Assembly: GCA_951406725.2 (NCBI GenBank) | Contig: OX597814.1 | Location: 135,470,001-135,534,000, forward strand | Origin: Octopus vulgaris | Lineage: Eukaryota | Reading direction: 5' to 3' | Length of the DNA stretch: 64,000 bases | Shown: positions 14,100 through 27,339 of the stretch, in pieces | Position numbering within the stretch: position 1 is the stretch's first letter | How the letters are laid out: every line of letters starts with the position of its first letter | Notes under the pieces: generated by a model | What the model saw: the letters and a program-made list of their open reading frames with translations, nothing else | The model's database searches: none | Told to the model about the DNA's origin: nothing | Position numbers and translations under genes: made by a program

Positions 14100-14315
14100 T
14101 TTCTACTACAGGCGCAAGGCCTGGAATTTTGGTGGGAGGGGATTAGTAGATTATATTGACCCCAGTACTCAACTAGAGTTTATTTTATCAACCTCAAAAG
14201 GATGAAAGGCAAAATTGACTTTGGTGGTGTTTGAACATAAAGCATAAAAAAACTGGAAGAAATGCTGCTAACCATTTGGTCCAGCACAGTGATAATTCTG
14301 CCAGCTTGCTGCCTT
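14100..14315 (-). mobile_element. SINE family B
   Basis: Family B core in reverse orientation. Confidence 0.65.
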
Positions 14316-14539
14316 CAGTCCATAATAATATCAAGATCAATAGATAATTGCAACTGAAATGATATATCTAGATTGTAGTCACCATGTCTAAAGAGAAATA
14401 AATATGAAATAAGATTTAGCAAGAAAACAAACATGACTAAAAAGTTGTAAAATCAAAATAGGAAGGTCTTGAAGAAAAGATGTGTTTGTTGCTCAGTGGT
14501 AAACAAATTTAAAATAGTTATCCATATTACTTTTGTTTC

Positions 14540-14745
14540 TAAGGTGGTAGAACAGGCAGAATTGCTACTGCACAGGAAAAAAATGCTTCGCAGCATTTCT
14601 TCTGACTTACAAATACTGCTGGGGTCAACTTTGCCTTTCATCCTTTCAAAGTCAATAAAATACCAGCTGAACAGCAGGGATGGTGTAATCAACTTACTTC
14701 ATCTCCCAAAAATTGCTGGCCCTGCACCAAAATTTGAAACCAATA
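14540..14745 (+). mobile_element. SINE family B
   Basis: AAGGTGG..GGCAGAATTG head and TTTGCCTTTCATCC core; inverted relative to the copy at 14100. Confidence 0.65.
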
Positions 14746-16664
14746 TTACTTTTGTTTCCAATTTTCTAGTTCAGAACCATAGGAGCTATGAAAAAAATGA
14801 CATCACCCCTTCCTTCCTTATTCATCTATCACCCCTTCCTTTCCCATTCATAAACACAAGAGTATTATTATAGTAGATTATCTTGGTAACCATGGTAGCT
14901 ATGAAAACAATAAAAAAGCCCAGCATAACCACCAAATCATTCTACACATCTGTGTAATTTTTCACACAATTCCACCCAGCTGTTTGACCATGAATCCCAA
15001 GACAAGAAAGAATCGTCCATGTCAAATTTATATGTATGGCAGAATTAAAAGAATTTGAACATTTTTTCATAAGATACAAAGTCATAAAAAATTTTTTAAA
15101 TAATAAAACAAATGTGAGTTGGCATTAATTAATGGAGGGGTGGGGGTGAATGAAGATAAAACAAGAACGCAATACTCAGAATATAACTATACCATAGACA
15201 AGCAGGAATTAGTGGTTTGTAATTAAAGTACAAAGTACAAGGTGGAGTTACTTATCAACAAATGACTAATGACAATTTGAAGAGAGCTGTGGAAGCTGCA
15301 CTGTTCAACTTATGCCAGCATGGAATGAGAGAAATGTAATAAAAGTTTCAATGTAAGAGGAATAAAAAAACAGCAAAGTTATAAACTATACAACATTGTA
15401 TTTTTTTTATATTTCATTGAGACTTACTGTCTAACAAATAAGCATGAACAGATTAACACTTAGAAATAAATACTATAAACAAACCCTGATAAGAGAAAAA
15501 ATAAGTCAAGGATGAGTGACAATAAATAAGGTTATTAACTTAGATAAGGTTATTAACTATTAACAATGAAGGGGACATTTCACAAGGAATATAACAATAA
15601 TTATATTGAAGCTTATTGTTGTTGCTAGACTACGCTTACGTCTTTGTCTATTATTATTGTTGCTAGACTACACTTACATCATTTACAAGGGAATTTGTGG
15701 TTCAAATAATACAGGAAAAAGGCTTTAAGACGGAACTATTACAACATTTATCAATATAACTAAAATTAACATAGCTTTATTTTCTTCTTAACCTTATAAT
15801 TTCCAGGGCAGGAGGTTTTCTTTAGCAAACCAGAGGAATAAACATACTGAACATAAACATAGAGAACAAGAAGTTGTAATATATAATAATTTATATAAGT
15901 TTAAGTTTTGAAATACAACCCAGTTAAAGAAACTACATATGATACTAAATCACTACAACATTCTTTCACAAAAGGTTTTTATTTTAAAACATTATGACAT
16001 TAGATATTAATAAGTATGCTTTATAATGCAATATTTTTATTAGGCAGCAAACTAGGAAAAATTCATTAGATTGTTGGATAAACAGTCTTGTGGGTTTTGT
16101 TCTAACTTTCTGTGTTCTGAGTTCAAATTTCACCACCATCAACTTTGCCTTCCACCCTTTCAGGGTGAAGATGGAGGACTGGCAGAACTGTTAGAGGGTC
16201 AAATGAAACACCATGTAGTGTCTGCTTTGAATCTTTGTCTTCTGACAGACATATCTACTATGATACTGGTGCCAAGCTCTATCAGACCAAGCTGGTTGGT
16301 ATTTTTTTTCTTTTTACTTTGGGATAAACATTGATAGTATGGAGAGAGGAGACTTTCATGCAAAGGCAACTCTACTGGCCTTCCTCAAAAACAAATCTTG
16401 CCCAGGCTTATGCAGATATATGATCAACCTTCACCATGGCCCTATATAATATCTTTATTTCTCAACATGTTACATAACACTATGTAAGGTTCTACACATG
16501 CTTTACACATGTTATAAAAATGTTCTCTTAAGCTATTTTGATTTACTTTTGCTTCTGTAATGAACATATCAAATATACTAAAGGTATCATTACTTCAGTA
16601 ATATACTCCAGCAAGTCTGAAAATATTTTCTAAGTGTTTAAATCAGTTACAACCTTTTTATCAT

Positions 16665-17048
16665 CTATTTATTACTTGTTTCAGTCTTTAGACTGTGGTC
16701 ATGCTAGAGCAACACATTGAAGAATTTTAGCTGAACTTATTGACCTCAGTACTTATTTTCTGTAAAGCCTGGTACTTATTCTATTGGTCTCTTTTGCTGA
16801 CCTGCTAAGTTACAGGGATGTAAACACACTCAAACCAGTTGTCAAGCGGTGGTGGTGGACGAACAGACACAAAGACACACACACACAAACAGGCTTCTTT
16901 CAGTTTCCGTCTGCCAAAACCTCTCAAAAGGGATTAGTCAGCCTAAGGCTGTTGTATAAGACACTTTCTCAAGGTGCCATGCAGTGGAACTGGATCTGGA
17001 ACCATGTGGTTGAGAAACAAAATTCTTACCATGCACCGACATCTGTGC
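16665..17048 (-). mobile_element. SINE family A
   Basis: Full head-to-tail similarity to 45058-45437. Confidence 0.7.
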
Positions 17049-17360
17049 CTAAGTCTTAATATATTTTGCTAAGTGTTTAAACCAATTATCACCCTTAATT
17101 AACCTCCTTCTCATTTAATTTTCACTAGAGCTGAACTTTTTGACAATTATGATGATTCAGTCATATGGAATTCAACAGATGCCATATATTAGCAAGAAAA
17201 ACCAAGAAATACTGTATGATTTTAAAATGTACACAGATATTATTTCCGTATAATTTTGTATCTATATCAGAGCCTCTTGATGGCTTCTTGAACTGAAAGA
17301 AATAGCAGCTACATCTCCATCATTTTAACACTTTAACATTTTCAGAAAGAAAAGAGGATC

Positions 17361-17781
17361 AGAATCGAAATCAATCAATGGAAATTGCAGATGTGTTACC
17401 AGTGCCGGTGGCATGTAAGAGAACCTTCCGTTTCGCGACCGTTGCCAGCGCCGCCCCGACTGGCCTCGTGCCGGTGGCACGTAAAAAGCACTATCCGTTT
17501 GTGTCCGTTGCCAGCCTCGCCTGGCCCTCGTGCCGGTGGCACATAAAAAGCACCATCCGTTCGTGGCCGTTTGCCAGCTCTGTCTGGCACCTGTGCGGGT
17601 GGCACGTAAAAAGCACCCACTACACTCACGGAGTGGTTGGCGTTAGGAAGGGCATCCAGCCGTAGAAACACTGCCAGATTTGACTGGGCCTGATGAAGCC
17701 TTCTGGCTTCACAGACCCCAGTAGAACCGTCCAACCCATGCTAGCATGGAAAACGGACGCTAAACGATGATGATGATGATG
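17361..17781 (+). mobile_element. RTE-associated repeat (LINE 3' UTR / SINE) with internal hairpin array and (GAT)n tail
   Basis: Four ~62-bp units carrying GTGCCGGTGGCAC, then the conserved GAGTGGTTGGCGTTAGGAAGGGCATCCAGC block and AAACGATGATGAT tail. Confidence 0.75.
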
Positions 17782-18462
17782 AAAAGACACATTTACCCAG
17801 TGTTTTTGTAGATATGCGAAAAACAGGAATACCACAGCTAGAAAGCCAGTGGATGATTAATAACATAAGAAGAATTACAGAAACAATATGTTGACAGATA
17901 CTTATATACGGTGATTAACTATTGAAATGAAAGGAAAATAACAAAAGGTATTTGAAGTTTAGTACTATTACCAAACAATACTTAGATTAACAAAAGAAGC
18001 CATGACTCATGTAGTATTGTAGAGGCTTTATTACATCATTTATCAATATAGCCTAAATCAATGTAGCTTTTTTGTTATTGAACATAAGCAAAGAAAATAT
18101 AGATTTCAACTGAATGATAACTTCCAGGACAGGGTTTTTTCTCTTTGTTTCTTTGCAAACTGAATGAATAAACATATAAAATGAGAATACTGTAAAGTCA
18201 TTTTGTCAAAATAGGAATGCCACTCAGTCAGAGTTACCTTGAGATTAAACAACTACTAATTTTTTTTAGCAAACCTATAAAATATCTTTGAATTTAAACT
18301 AATGTATAAAAATCCTCATAATTTTCTTTTTTTTTTTTTTCTTCTTCCAAATTAGTCAAAACTGAAGATTGAGAGACATGGGTTCAATTCTAATTCTGCA
18401 GCACATATTTCCTTTTTCAATGGTGATGTTAATAAAGTATAGGAGGTGGACTTTTTACCACA

Positions 18463-19335
18463 CAGCTATGGCTGTATGGTAAGAAGTTTGCTTCCCAGCC
18501 ACATAGTCCTGGGTTCAGTCCCACTGCATGGCACTTTGGGCAAGTGGCTTCTACTATAGCCTTGTGAGTGTTTCTGGTAGACACAGAAAACGAAAGAAGC
18601 CTATCGCATATATATATATATATATGTGCCGGTGGCACGTAAAATACACCAATCTGACCGTACAACAGGCACCCATGCCAACCCCCTTGCTTGCGAAGAC
18701 ATGTTGGGGCAAGCGAAATCGAAATCGAATTGAACCAGCCAGGATCCCTGGTCTGGTGGTACGTAAAAAGCACCATCCGACTCGTGGCCGATGCCAGCAC
18801 CGCCTCGTCTGGCTTCCGTGCCGGTGGCACATAAAATACACCAATCCGACCGTGGCCGTTGCCAGCCTCGCCTGGCACCTGTGCAGGTGGCACGTAAAAA
18901 GCACCCACTACACTCACGGAGTGGTTGGCGTTAGGAAGGGCATCCAGCTGTAGAAACACTGCCAGATAAGACTGGAGCCTGGTGCAGCCTTCTGGCTTCC
19001 CAGATCCCCGGTCGAACCGTCCAACCCATGCTAGCATGGAGAACGGACGTTAAACGATGATGATGATGATATATATATATATATATATAAATGTATGTAT
19101 ATATATCTGTGAAGTATGTGTCTTTGTGTTTGTGTTTGACCCCCACCACTGACTGACAACCAATGCTGGTGTGTTTACATCCCTGTAACTTAGGTTCGGC
19201 AAAAGAGACTGATAGAATAAGTCTTAGGCTTAAAAAGAAAGTAAGTACTGGGGTCAATTAGTTTGACTAAAAATTCCTCAAGGCAGTGCTCCAGCATGGC
19301 TGCAGTCTAATGACTGAAACAAGAGATACAAAATA
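18463..19335 (+). mobile_element. SINE family A with an RTE-associated repeat (18626-19070) nested in its internal (TA)n
   Basis: SINE head 18463-18608, (TA)n, insert ending in (GAT)n, (TA)n, SINE tail to about 19335. Confidence 0.75.
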
Positions 19336-20881
19336 AATATAGATATTTACACATTTTCATATATTATTTTATAAATAAATCATCACCTATATGTTCCCAC
19401 CAGATAGAAATAGGAAATGGGAGATGCGAGACTGCATGTCAGATCTACATAATCAATATATTGTAATGTATCAGTAGGCTGGATATACTTCCATGTGATA
19501 GTTCCCTCAAGATACCAACCTTATATCTATCCACATTTTCAAGCCTTGTTACTATTGTTTGTGTTTTATATATTTCTGTTGTAATTTATGATTAAACATT
19601 TCCAAGACAAATTATGTTAGTCTCCAGTTTTTTTTTTTCTAACAAAGCAAAACCTTATTTAGGACACTGGTTTCTGAGTTTTTAACCAAAAAATATTACT
19701 GCCCTGAAGTCAATATAGAATCTCAAGAACAGTGTTCACAACTCTAAATTGATGCATCTACTTTAATCACCAAATTATAAAAATAGAGTTCCATTAGTTT
19801 TAACTTGTATTCCAACTGTTCAGTTAACAGATGGCTATTTCACTCAGTTAACTTACAAGTGGCTGAGTATTCCACAGACATGTATACTTTTAATGTAATT
19901 CTCAGGGAGGGTCAGCATGACAGTGTATGGCAAGGCTTAACTCATTGAATTCAAGCTACAGTCCATCTGACAAGCTCCAAACAATTTCCATCAACCTTAC
20001 TTCACTCACAAGGTTTGAATCAATCCGAGGCTATAATAAAAGATGCCTGCTCAAGATGCCACATAGTGAAATTGAACCTGGAACCTAGTGACTGCAAAGC
20101 AAATTTCTTAATCTTTCAGCTGTGCCACAAAATATTACACTGCATCTAAAAATTGTATATAATCATAAACAATTTTGGGCTTTTAGTTTCCAAATACTTT
20201 GAACTTCCCAAGCCAACGAGGGTATCTCTGTGGTTGTTCCACCAGCTAAAAATAGCAACTAAATGTCCCTCAAATTACACCATACTGTCACATTAGATAG
20301 TGTTGTCCTACACATCCCTAAAATGACAAGCTGGAATACCTTTGATCATAGGTCTGCTCAAATAGAGTTGACCTGGGATTAAATAATGACAACTTTGCAC
20401 AGTTAACCCATCCCATACTTCTTTCTACATTTATTCTACTTATGTTGAGTAAACAGCAGCTATATTAAACTTATTCAACTCTTCCCTCCAATTCAGAAAG
20501 ATCCTTGAAAATTATTAATTTTCAATTTCTTTTTTCCTTTGTCCTCAGTTTTAAAAACATTTTTCTCAGGCGGATGTCAGACAGATTTGCAACACAGTAA
20601 CTCTTCATTAATACATCTATCTTGCATCATTTAATTTTCAGATGTAAGCCATTTCCACCACACCTTAGATCTGATCTAAATATTTGCTTCAATTCACCAT
20701 AGAGTTAAATCCTATCTTTCCCTATTCACCATAAACTTTTTATCTTTACACAACTTCCAAGAGCTCTTTTATCATCTCATAGCAGAACATCAGTAAAATA
20801 TTTTTCATCCTAAATTTCCATTTTATACATTCCTTGTTCAGATGAACCAACATTTTCTTAATGTTTATCAGTTCTTCATGG

Positions 20882-21593
20882 TGATGCTCCCTAACGTTTT
20901 TTTTTTTGTTTCTTTTTTTTGCAACCATGGACTGGTTTCATGCAAGACAATTTTTCCATGGCTCACACACATAGAACAAAACAATAATGCACATAATATA
21001 TGAAGGGGTTTCTGGCTTTAAGGGTATCATGAAAGGCCTGGTTGAAGGCCCAACCTTCCAAGTTCTTTTGCAGGGCTTAGAAAAACTGAAGGACCACTGC
21101 AATAAGTGTGTGAATCAGAGAGGGGAATGTGTTGTATAAAATCATAATTAACTGATCCTTCTCTATTTTCTTTTACCCAAAGTTAGGAACTTATCAGCAT
21201 CTCCTTGTATAATTTGCCCTGGGCAAAATGCTTGGCAGTATCTTGTCTGTCTTAACGTTAAAGTTCAAATTCTGCCAAGGTTGACTGCCTTTCATCCTTT
21301 TGAGGTTGATAAAATAAGTGCCGGTTGTACACTGGGGTTGACCTAATTGACCTCACCTATCACCCCCAAACTGCTGGCCTTATACCAAAATTTGAAACCA
21401 ATATATAATCTAATTATTATATAATATAAATATATTACATATATAATACATATATAATACAAAAACATCCTGCAGACTGTGATAGTTAATAAGATAGAAA
21501 TAAAATTAAAAATTTTTTTCTTTTTGTGCAAACCAGTACCAAATGATCCAGGGCTTAGTACTTGGTCTGTGGCAAGATGGTTGGGGACTCCTG
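20882..21593. mobile_element. hAT/Charlie (MER1-like) MITE with nested mariner end fragment (about 21000-21210) and SINE B (about 21220-21400)
   Basis: Left end GGACTGGTTTCATGCAAGACAATTTTTCCATGG, right end GGTTGGGGACTCCTG; mariner C-terminus KCVNQRGECVV* followed by a TIR. Confidence 0.6.
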
Positions 21594-22842
21594 CTTATTA
21601 TTCTTCAACACAAATGTTTACATAATGCAATTTATACCGATTTACTGGATTTATTATTATTTTTTTTGTTTTTTGTTCTTGTGTTTTTGTTTTGTTGGCA
21701 TTTGCATTTCATATGACCTGGAAATTTGCAAGGCTATTTATAAGCCTGCAAGGAGTGGCGTTAACATACCGCAAACTTCCTTGAATGAACAAAAGATAAA
21801 GAAAAAGGACAGGCTGCTTTCCTTCCTGAACGAGTTATTTTGTTATATATTGTAACCATTTAAAAGTTTAATTCACTTTATTTCATACTTAAAGTTCCTA
21901 TTTTCAAAATTATTTTAAAATGTTTCAATCAGCATGGTTATATGCTTAAGAAGTTTATTTTGCAAACATATGACTTCAGGTTCAGTCTCACTGCCCAGTA
22001 CCTTGAACCAAACAATACCTTGTGAGTGAATTTGGAAGAAAGGAACCGTGCAGAAGCCTATCACATTTGTGTGTGTGTGATGCAAAAAAAACAGTGTTGT
22101 TTGTTTTCATCCCCATAACTTAGCAGTTCAACAAAAATGGACAGATAGAATGTACGAGAGTCTGATCTGATCTTCAAGGAAATGCTCAAAGCCCCCAGTC
22201 CAATGTCAAGAGAATAAAGGAATAATTAAGACCTACTGTATACCTATAAAAACTGCCATTCCATTGCTTATGGCGATGAGGGTTCCAGTTGATCCAATCA
22301 ATAGAACAGATTGCTTGTGAGATTAACATGCAAGTGACAGAGCACTCCACAGACACACGTACCCTTTCACATACTTCTCAGGGAGATTCAGCACGACAGA
22401 GTATGACAAGGTTGGCCCCTTGGAATACAGGTACTACTCATTTTTGCCAGCTGAGTGGACTGGAATACTGTGAAATAAAATGTCTTGCTCAAGGACACAA
22501 CACACCGCCAGGAATTGAACTCGTGACCCTATGATCGCAAGCCAAATACCCTAACCACTAAACTACGCACCTTGACTTATAGAATAATTCCATTAAATAC
22601 ATTTATTTTCTGTTTGTTTCATTGCTTTGAACAACAGATTTAACAAATTCTGTCTGGAACACTAGACTCAATATTTTAAATATCTTTATTGACTTCACTG
22701 TAAGACAAAGTAGTCTCTAGCAGAACTTGTTCTTAGAGACTCTGGACAAGATGCTTTAATATATCAAATCCAATTTTTTGTCTCATCTTCACCCTAATCA
22801 ACTCCTCTGTCCTACTACTGCTTAAATATGAGGAGTACAGTT

Positions 22843-23222
22843 CTTTTACTTATTTCACTCATTGGACTGTGGCCATACTGGGGCATTGCTTTGAAGTGCT
22901 TAGTCAAACAAATCAAGCCTAATACTTATTTTCTATTTTTAAGCCGAGTACTTATTTTATTGGTCCCTTTTGCCAAACTGCTAAATTAACAGGGATATAA
23001 ACAAACCATCACTAGTTGTCACGTGGTTGTGGGGGAACAAACACAACACAAAGACACACACACATATGTATATCTCAGACAGACTTCATTTCAGTCTACC
23101 AGATCTACTCCAGGTCAGCTTGGAGCTATAGAAGACACTTATCCAACGTGCTGTGCAGTTTGACTGAACTTAAGATCACATGGTTGGGAAGCAAGCTCCT
23201 TAACCATATAGCCATGCCAGCA
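22843..23222 (-). mobile_element. SINE family A
   Basis: Reverse-oriented head and tail. Confidence 0.6.
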
Positions 23223-24096
23223 CATGTGGAAACAGTCAGCACAATTTCCATTCTTGATACTGTACACAAATTTAATAAGCATATGTAACACTATTCTTAA
23301 CCACCTACAAGCATGTAAACACAGTGCAACAATACTGCCTTAAAATGCCTGTCTTCCACTCTTAGTAATATAGATATTTCTACATCAGGTTAAATATTTT
23401 GTATGTTGACAAACATGTATTGGTAGCGGTTGTGACAAGAGCTTTTGATCTCATAAGAAATAAACAGCTAGCAACCTTCGCATAAGAATGCACTTTGAGT
23501 TATTAACTCAGCTGAAAAAGGAAATATGAATCAATGTATAGAACTAATAGATTAGTTTTTAGTGTTTGACAAGTTACTCCTGTATTGTATGTATGCTTGG
23601 GTAGACCCAACTGAAATTACTGTACAATGACTATTGTATTTCAAAAAGCACTCACAAGTAGGACAAACACCATCATCATTTTAACATCCACTTTTCTATA
23701 CTTGCATGGGTCAGGTGAAATTTGTTGAGACAGAGTTTTTTATGGAAGGATGCCTTTCCTGTTAACAACCATCACCTGTTTCCAAGTAAAGTAATATTTT
23801 CCCATGGCAGGACAAATTTTCACAGAAGATTGTGAATGAAGGATGTTGTGTGCATGATGGTGACACTTATTTACAACTATTGCATGATGCCAAGACAAGG
23901 AGACATGCACAACCACACACACACAGGTTTCTTTCAGTTTCTGTTAACCAAAATCCTTTCACAAGGTTTTGATCAGCATGGGGCTATAGTAAAAGACTTG
24001 CCCAAAGTACCACACAGTGGGACTGAATCTGAAATCACATGGTTGTAAAGCAAACTTCTTAACTACACAGCCATACCTGCACCATAAAAATTGATG

Positions 24097-24168
24097 TTCC
24101 CATGCCAGGAATCAAACCTGGACCACCAGGGAGAAAGACTGGAATCCTCACTACTTGACTATGAATTT
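24097..24168 (-). pseudogene. Decayed tRNA-Glu(TTC)-like sequence
   Basis: AGTCAAGTAGTGAGGATTCCAGTCTTTCTCCCTGGTGGTCCAGGTTTGATTCCTGGCATGGGAA resembles tRNA-Glu; broken acceptor stem; T5 run downstream. Confidence 0.5.
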
Positions 24169-26081
24169 AACATAGCAATACCAGTCCAGGCAACTGTCTA
24201 AAAAGATGCTAGATTGGATTGTATAAGAAAATGTGGATAATAAACCACTACATAAAATTAGCTTTTGTTTGATTAAAATAACCTGTCTTTTCCCAAATTC
24301 TGTTGTTTAGGTTTTTTGCAAAAGTGGGTGGCATGCATTTGTAAAATGCCATTCAGTGAAAAGGGGAACTGAGCTACAAAAGGTTGAGAAAGAACTATGG
24401 CTCTAAAGTATAAGAAATGATAGTCAATAGAATATAATAATTAACTCCTGAAATTCTGATAAAGCAATTTCACCTATTGTTTGTTACTGGTTATTTTATT
24501 GGTCCACCTAAGATTTGAACTAAAAAAATAAAAGAACAAAATGAAATACTGTGACACATTCAATTTGGCTTTCTATTGCCTCTATGTCTCCACAATCTGA
24601 AGTAATCACGAACTGAACTAAATACTATCCTTAGAAGAAACTACTGTAGAATGTTTTTGTAAAAAGAAATAACTTGATATTATTATTAAATTCCAGAACA
24701 CACTATAATTATGAAGGACTAATATTTGTTATAAAGCAAAGCTAAGTGCAACATTCATATCACCAAAGGAATCTAATTCAACGTCCAGTGTTTGCTTTTC
24801 ATCAGCAACTAAATACAACACTCCATTCAATCAACATTTCAAATATACATACAACCTGTACTGTGACGATAGCTTTAAATGTCATAACCAATAACATTAG
24901 GAAGCACTTTTGTTTTGTTTAACATAATCATCATCATCACTTAAAGGGGAAAGGGTAGTGCTCATAGTGCTCTTTTCAGGGCTTCTGCCACAGGTGGGAG
25001 AAAGTTATCCCCAGATTGGAAACCTGGTATGAATATTTGCAAGAGCCTGCCATCAAAAATACAGCATTACATCTAGTTTACATTTCAAATATACATACTA
25101 TCATCTGTTTAATTACATAATGAGCTCTGAGAAGGAAAAACAAATTGTTGTAACTGTAGTCTGTGACTCAGTACAACAGAATGACATTTTTCAGCCTAAT
25201 GAAACCAAAAGTCTATAAAACAAAAATAGATACATTAAAAAACAAAATAAAATTATTAAAAGTGAACTATATGAGATTAGAGTTGAAAGCACATTGCTCT
25301 CCATGTGAAGTTACTAGAGTAGACTACATTACAAACAATAGAGTAGATCTAGAAAACAAGAGAGAACTGTCATACCCAGAATTCACATAAAGACAAAGCC
25401 AAATATACTGGTATCAGTGAATCTAATTTCATTGTGCAAAACAAAATCTGTATTATTTGTAAAATATTATTTAATTAAAACAAAAAAAAATTAGTACTAT
25501 AAGTGTCAAGCAGCTGTGTAAAATTATCAACACAAGTTTAGAGCATGACAGCAAAACATGTATCAGCAGTGAGTGAGAGACAGTGATGGATTTAGAAATA
25601 ACATTTTATTACAAGAAAATTAATGGAGAATAAACAGATCAAGAAATGACAAAAAGGGTGGGGTGTCTATGAATGCTGACTTGAAACTCAAATTCCTCCA
25701 CTTCATTTCCTATTCATGATATGCATATAAAAAAATTATATATTTAAAGTATTCATTGACTGTGACTTACAATATTTGCTTTCAAACTGAAATAGTTCTT
25801 GCTACTCACAGAACTCTACAGGCCTGTGGTAATAGAAGTTTTACAGACATTGATCTCTCAATGACACAAATTTGTAGGTGAAGTATATATAGTTTATAGA
25901 TGAGAGATATTCTTTGTAGTACTCGAGATATTTAGACTTGAGCAGATAGAAGAGTAAATCTAAGGACAAACAAGATAGGCAAGTTGACAAAAAAATGTGC
26001 GTATGTTTACATATGAAAAGGTCTGAATTACACAGAATAGAAATATCAGGAATTAAAGGGGTTGAATGAGAGTTTTACAAG

Positions 26082-26172
26082 TCCAGCAGCTGTTTCTGGG
26101 GGCTTGGTGGTCCAAAATAATGATTGTAAATTGATTCCATCATCGGATAATACCAGCCTCCATCTTCAGGGA
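26082..26172 (-). ncRNA. Degenerate PLE-type hammerhead
   Basis: TCC-CTGAAGA-T-GGAGGCT...AGCCCCC-A-GAAA-CAGCTG-CT-GGA; cleavage-site U mutated. Confidence 0.5.
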
Positions 26173-27339
26173 AGAATCTTACATTTGAGGTGTTGACAGA
26201 AAGGAAATTAAAGATGGAATGATTTTGTGGAAAACTAAATGTATTTGAAGGTATTTAGATAGAGAATAGTGCGAGGAGAAAATAAATTTGCAGGGTTAGG
26301 AGTTACTAAATTGGACCTTTTTATATGGAAACATATGTACATTTTTTGTATTAAATGTACTTTTAGCATAGGAAATGCAGAAGAATATAACTAAATAATG
26401 AAAGGCATAATACTAATTCTGGCACACCTCTATCTCTTTTTTATCATTCTATAGCTGTGAAATATTGACATCATAAACCAAACAATGAGTAAGAAAAAGA
26501 AGAAATTAAAAATTAACTGCAGTCTAATATTAACAGCAACACTTCAAACTCAAAGACAATGAAAATAAGATTCTCAGTAAAAAGAAATAAGAGCTACTTT
26601 CAGAGTGAAACAAAGCAGGATATATTTAGTGACAACAGAAATAATTATGAAGGGATATGTCAAGTGTCGTTGAGGAAATGTGGACAATAGAACAATTGTA
26701 TGATTCTAAATAATCCTCAAATCTGAATACTAGTGAAAAAATGTTTTAATTGATAATCAAATAAGGATATATGGAAAGGAATCAGTAATTAGATACTATA
26801 AGAGATATTAAATTTATTGACTTAGAGAGATATAATTTCTGTACAATGTAAGATTTTTCAGATTGAGTAATTTTACTACAATTCATACAAAAGAGGTTGT
26901 TTTGTTCATGGCAAATCATATAGTCCACCCTCTCCAACACTACCTCAATCCATCTTTTGGCAGAGGTTGTTGTGCCTCTGGCAAGACTAGAGAGGATCTG
27001 CTTTTCCTTTGTTGATTCCAGTTATTTGCTTCTTTCCCATACAACTGGGGGTGTAGAAACATTTCTTTCACAATCCAGGACTGAGAGGGAGGTGACTTAG
27101 CCAAAATAGTTCTTTCCTCCTGTAGTGATCTTTATTCCTGCTACAAGCAGGTCAACACTTTCGACTTGACACCAAGGGAGAGTTAGCTATCCAAAGGCTC
27201 ATAGCAACAGATGTTGAAAATAGATATGCAGTTAAAGTTGATTTGAGGCACCAAGAGGAACATCTATATACATGTATATGTATATATATATATATATATA
27301 CATACATACATACATACATGCATATATGTATATACATTT

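Noticed and set aside
17402-17620. Palindromic repeats with spacers resembling a CRISPR array
   Set aside because: Spacers are homologous to each other, the array is part of a dispersed retro-repeat, there are no cas genes, and the context is eukaryotic
15690-18180. Diverged similarity between about 15730-15860 and 18030-18180
   Set aside because: Short, AT-rich and old; no termini or coding signal to classify it
18429-19037. 202-aa ORF and similar ORFs at 17396, 40013 and 41188
   Set aside because: Translations of non-coding SINE/RTE-associated repeats that run through microsatellites
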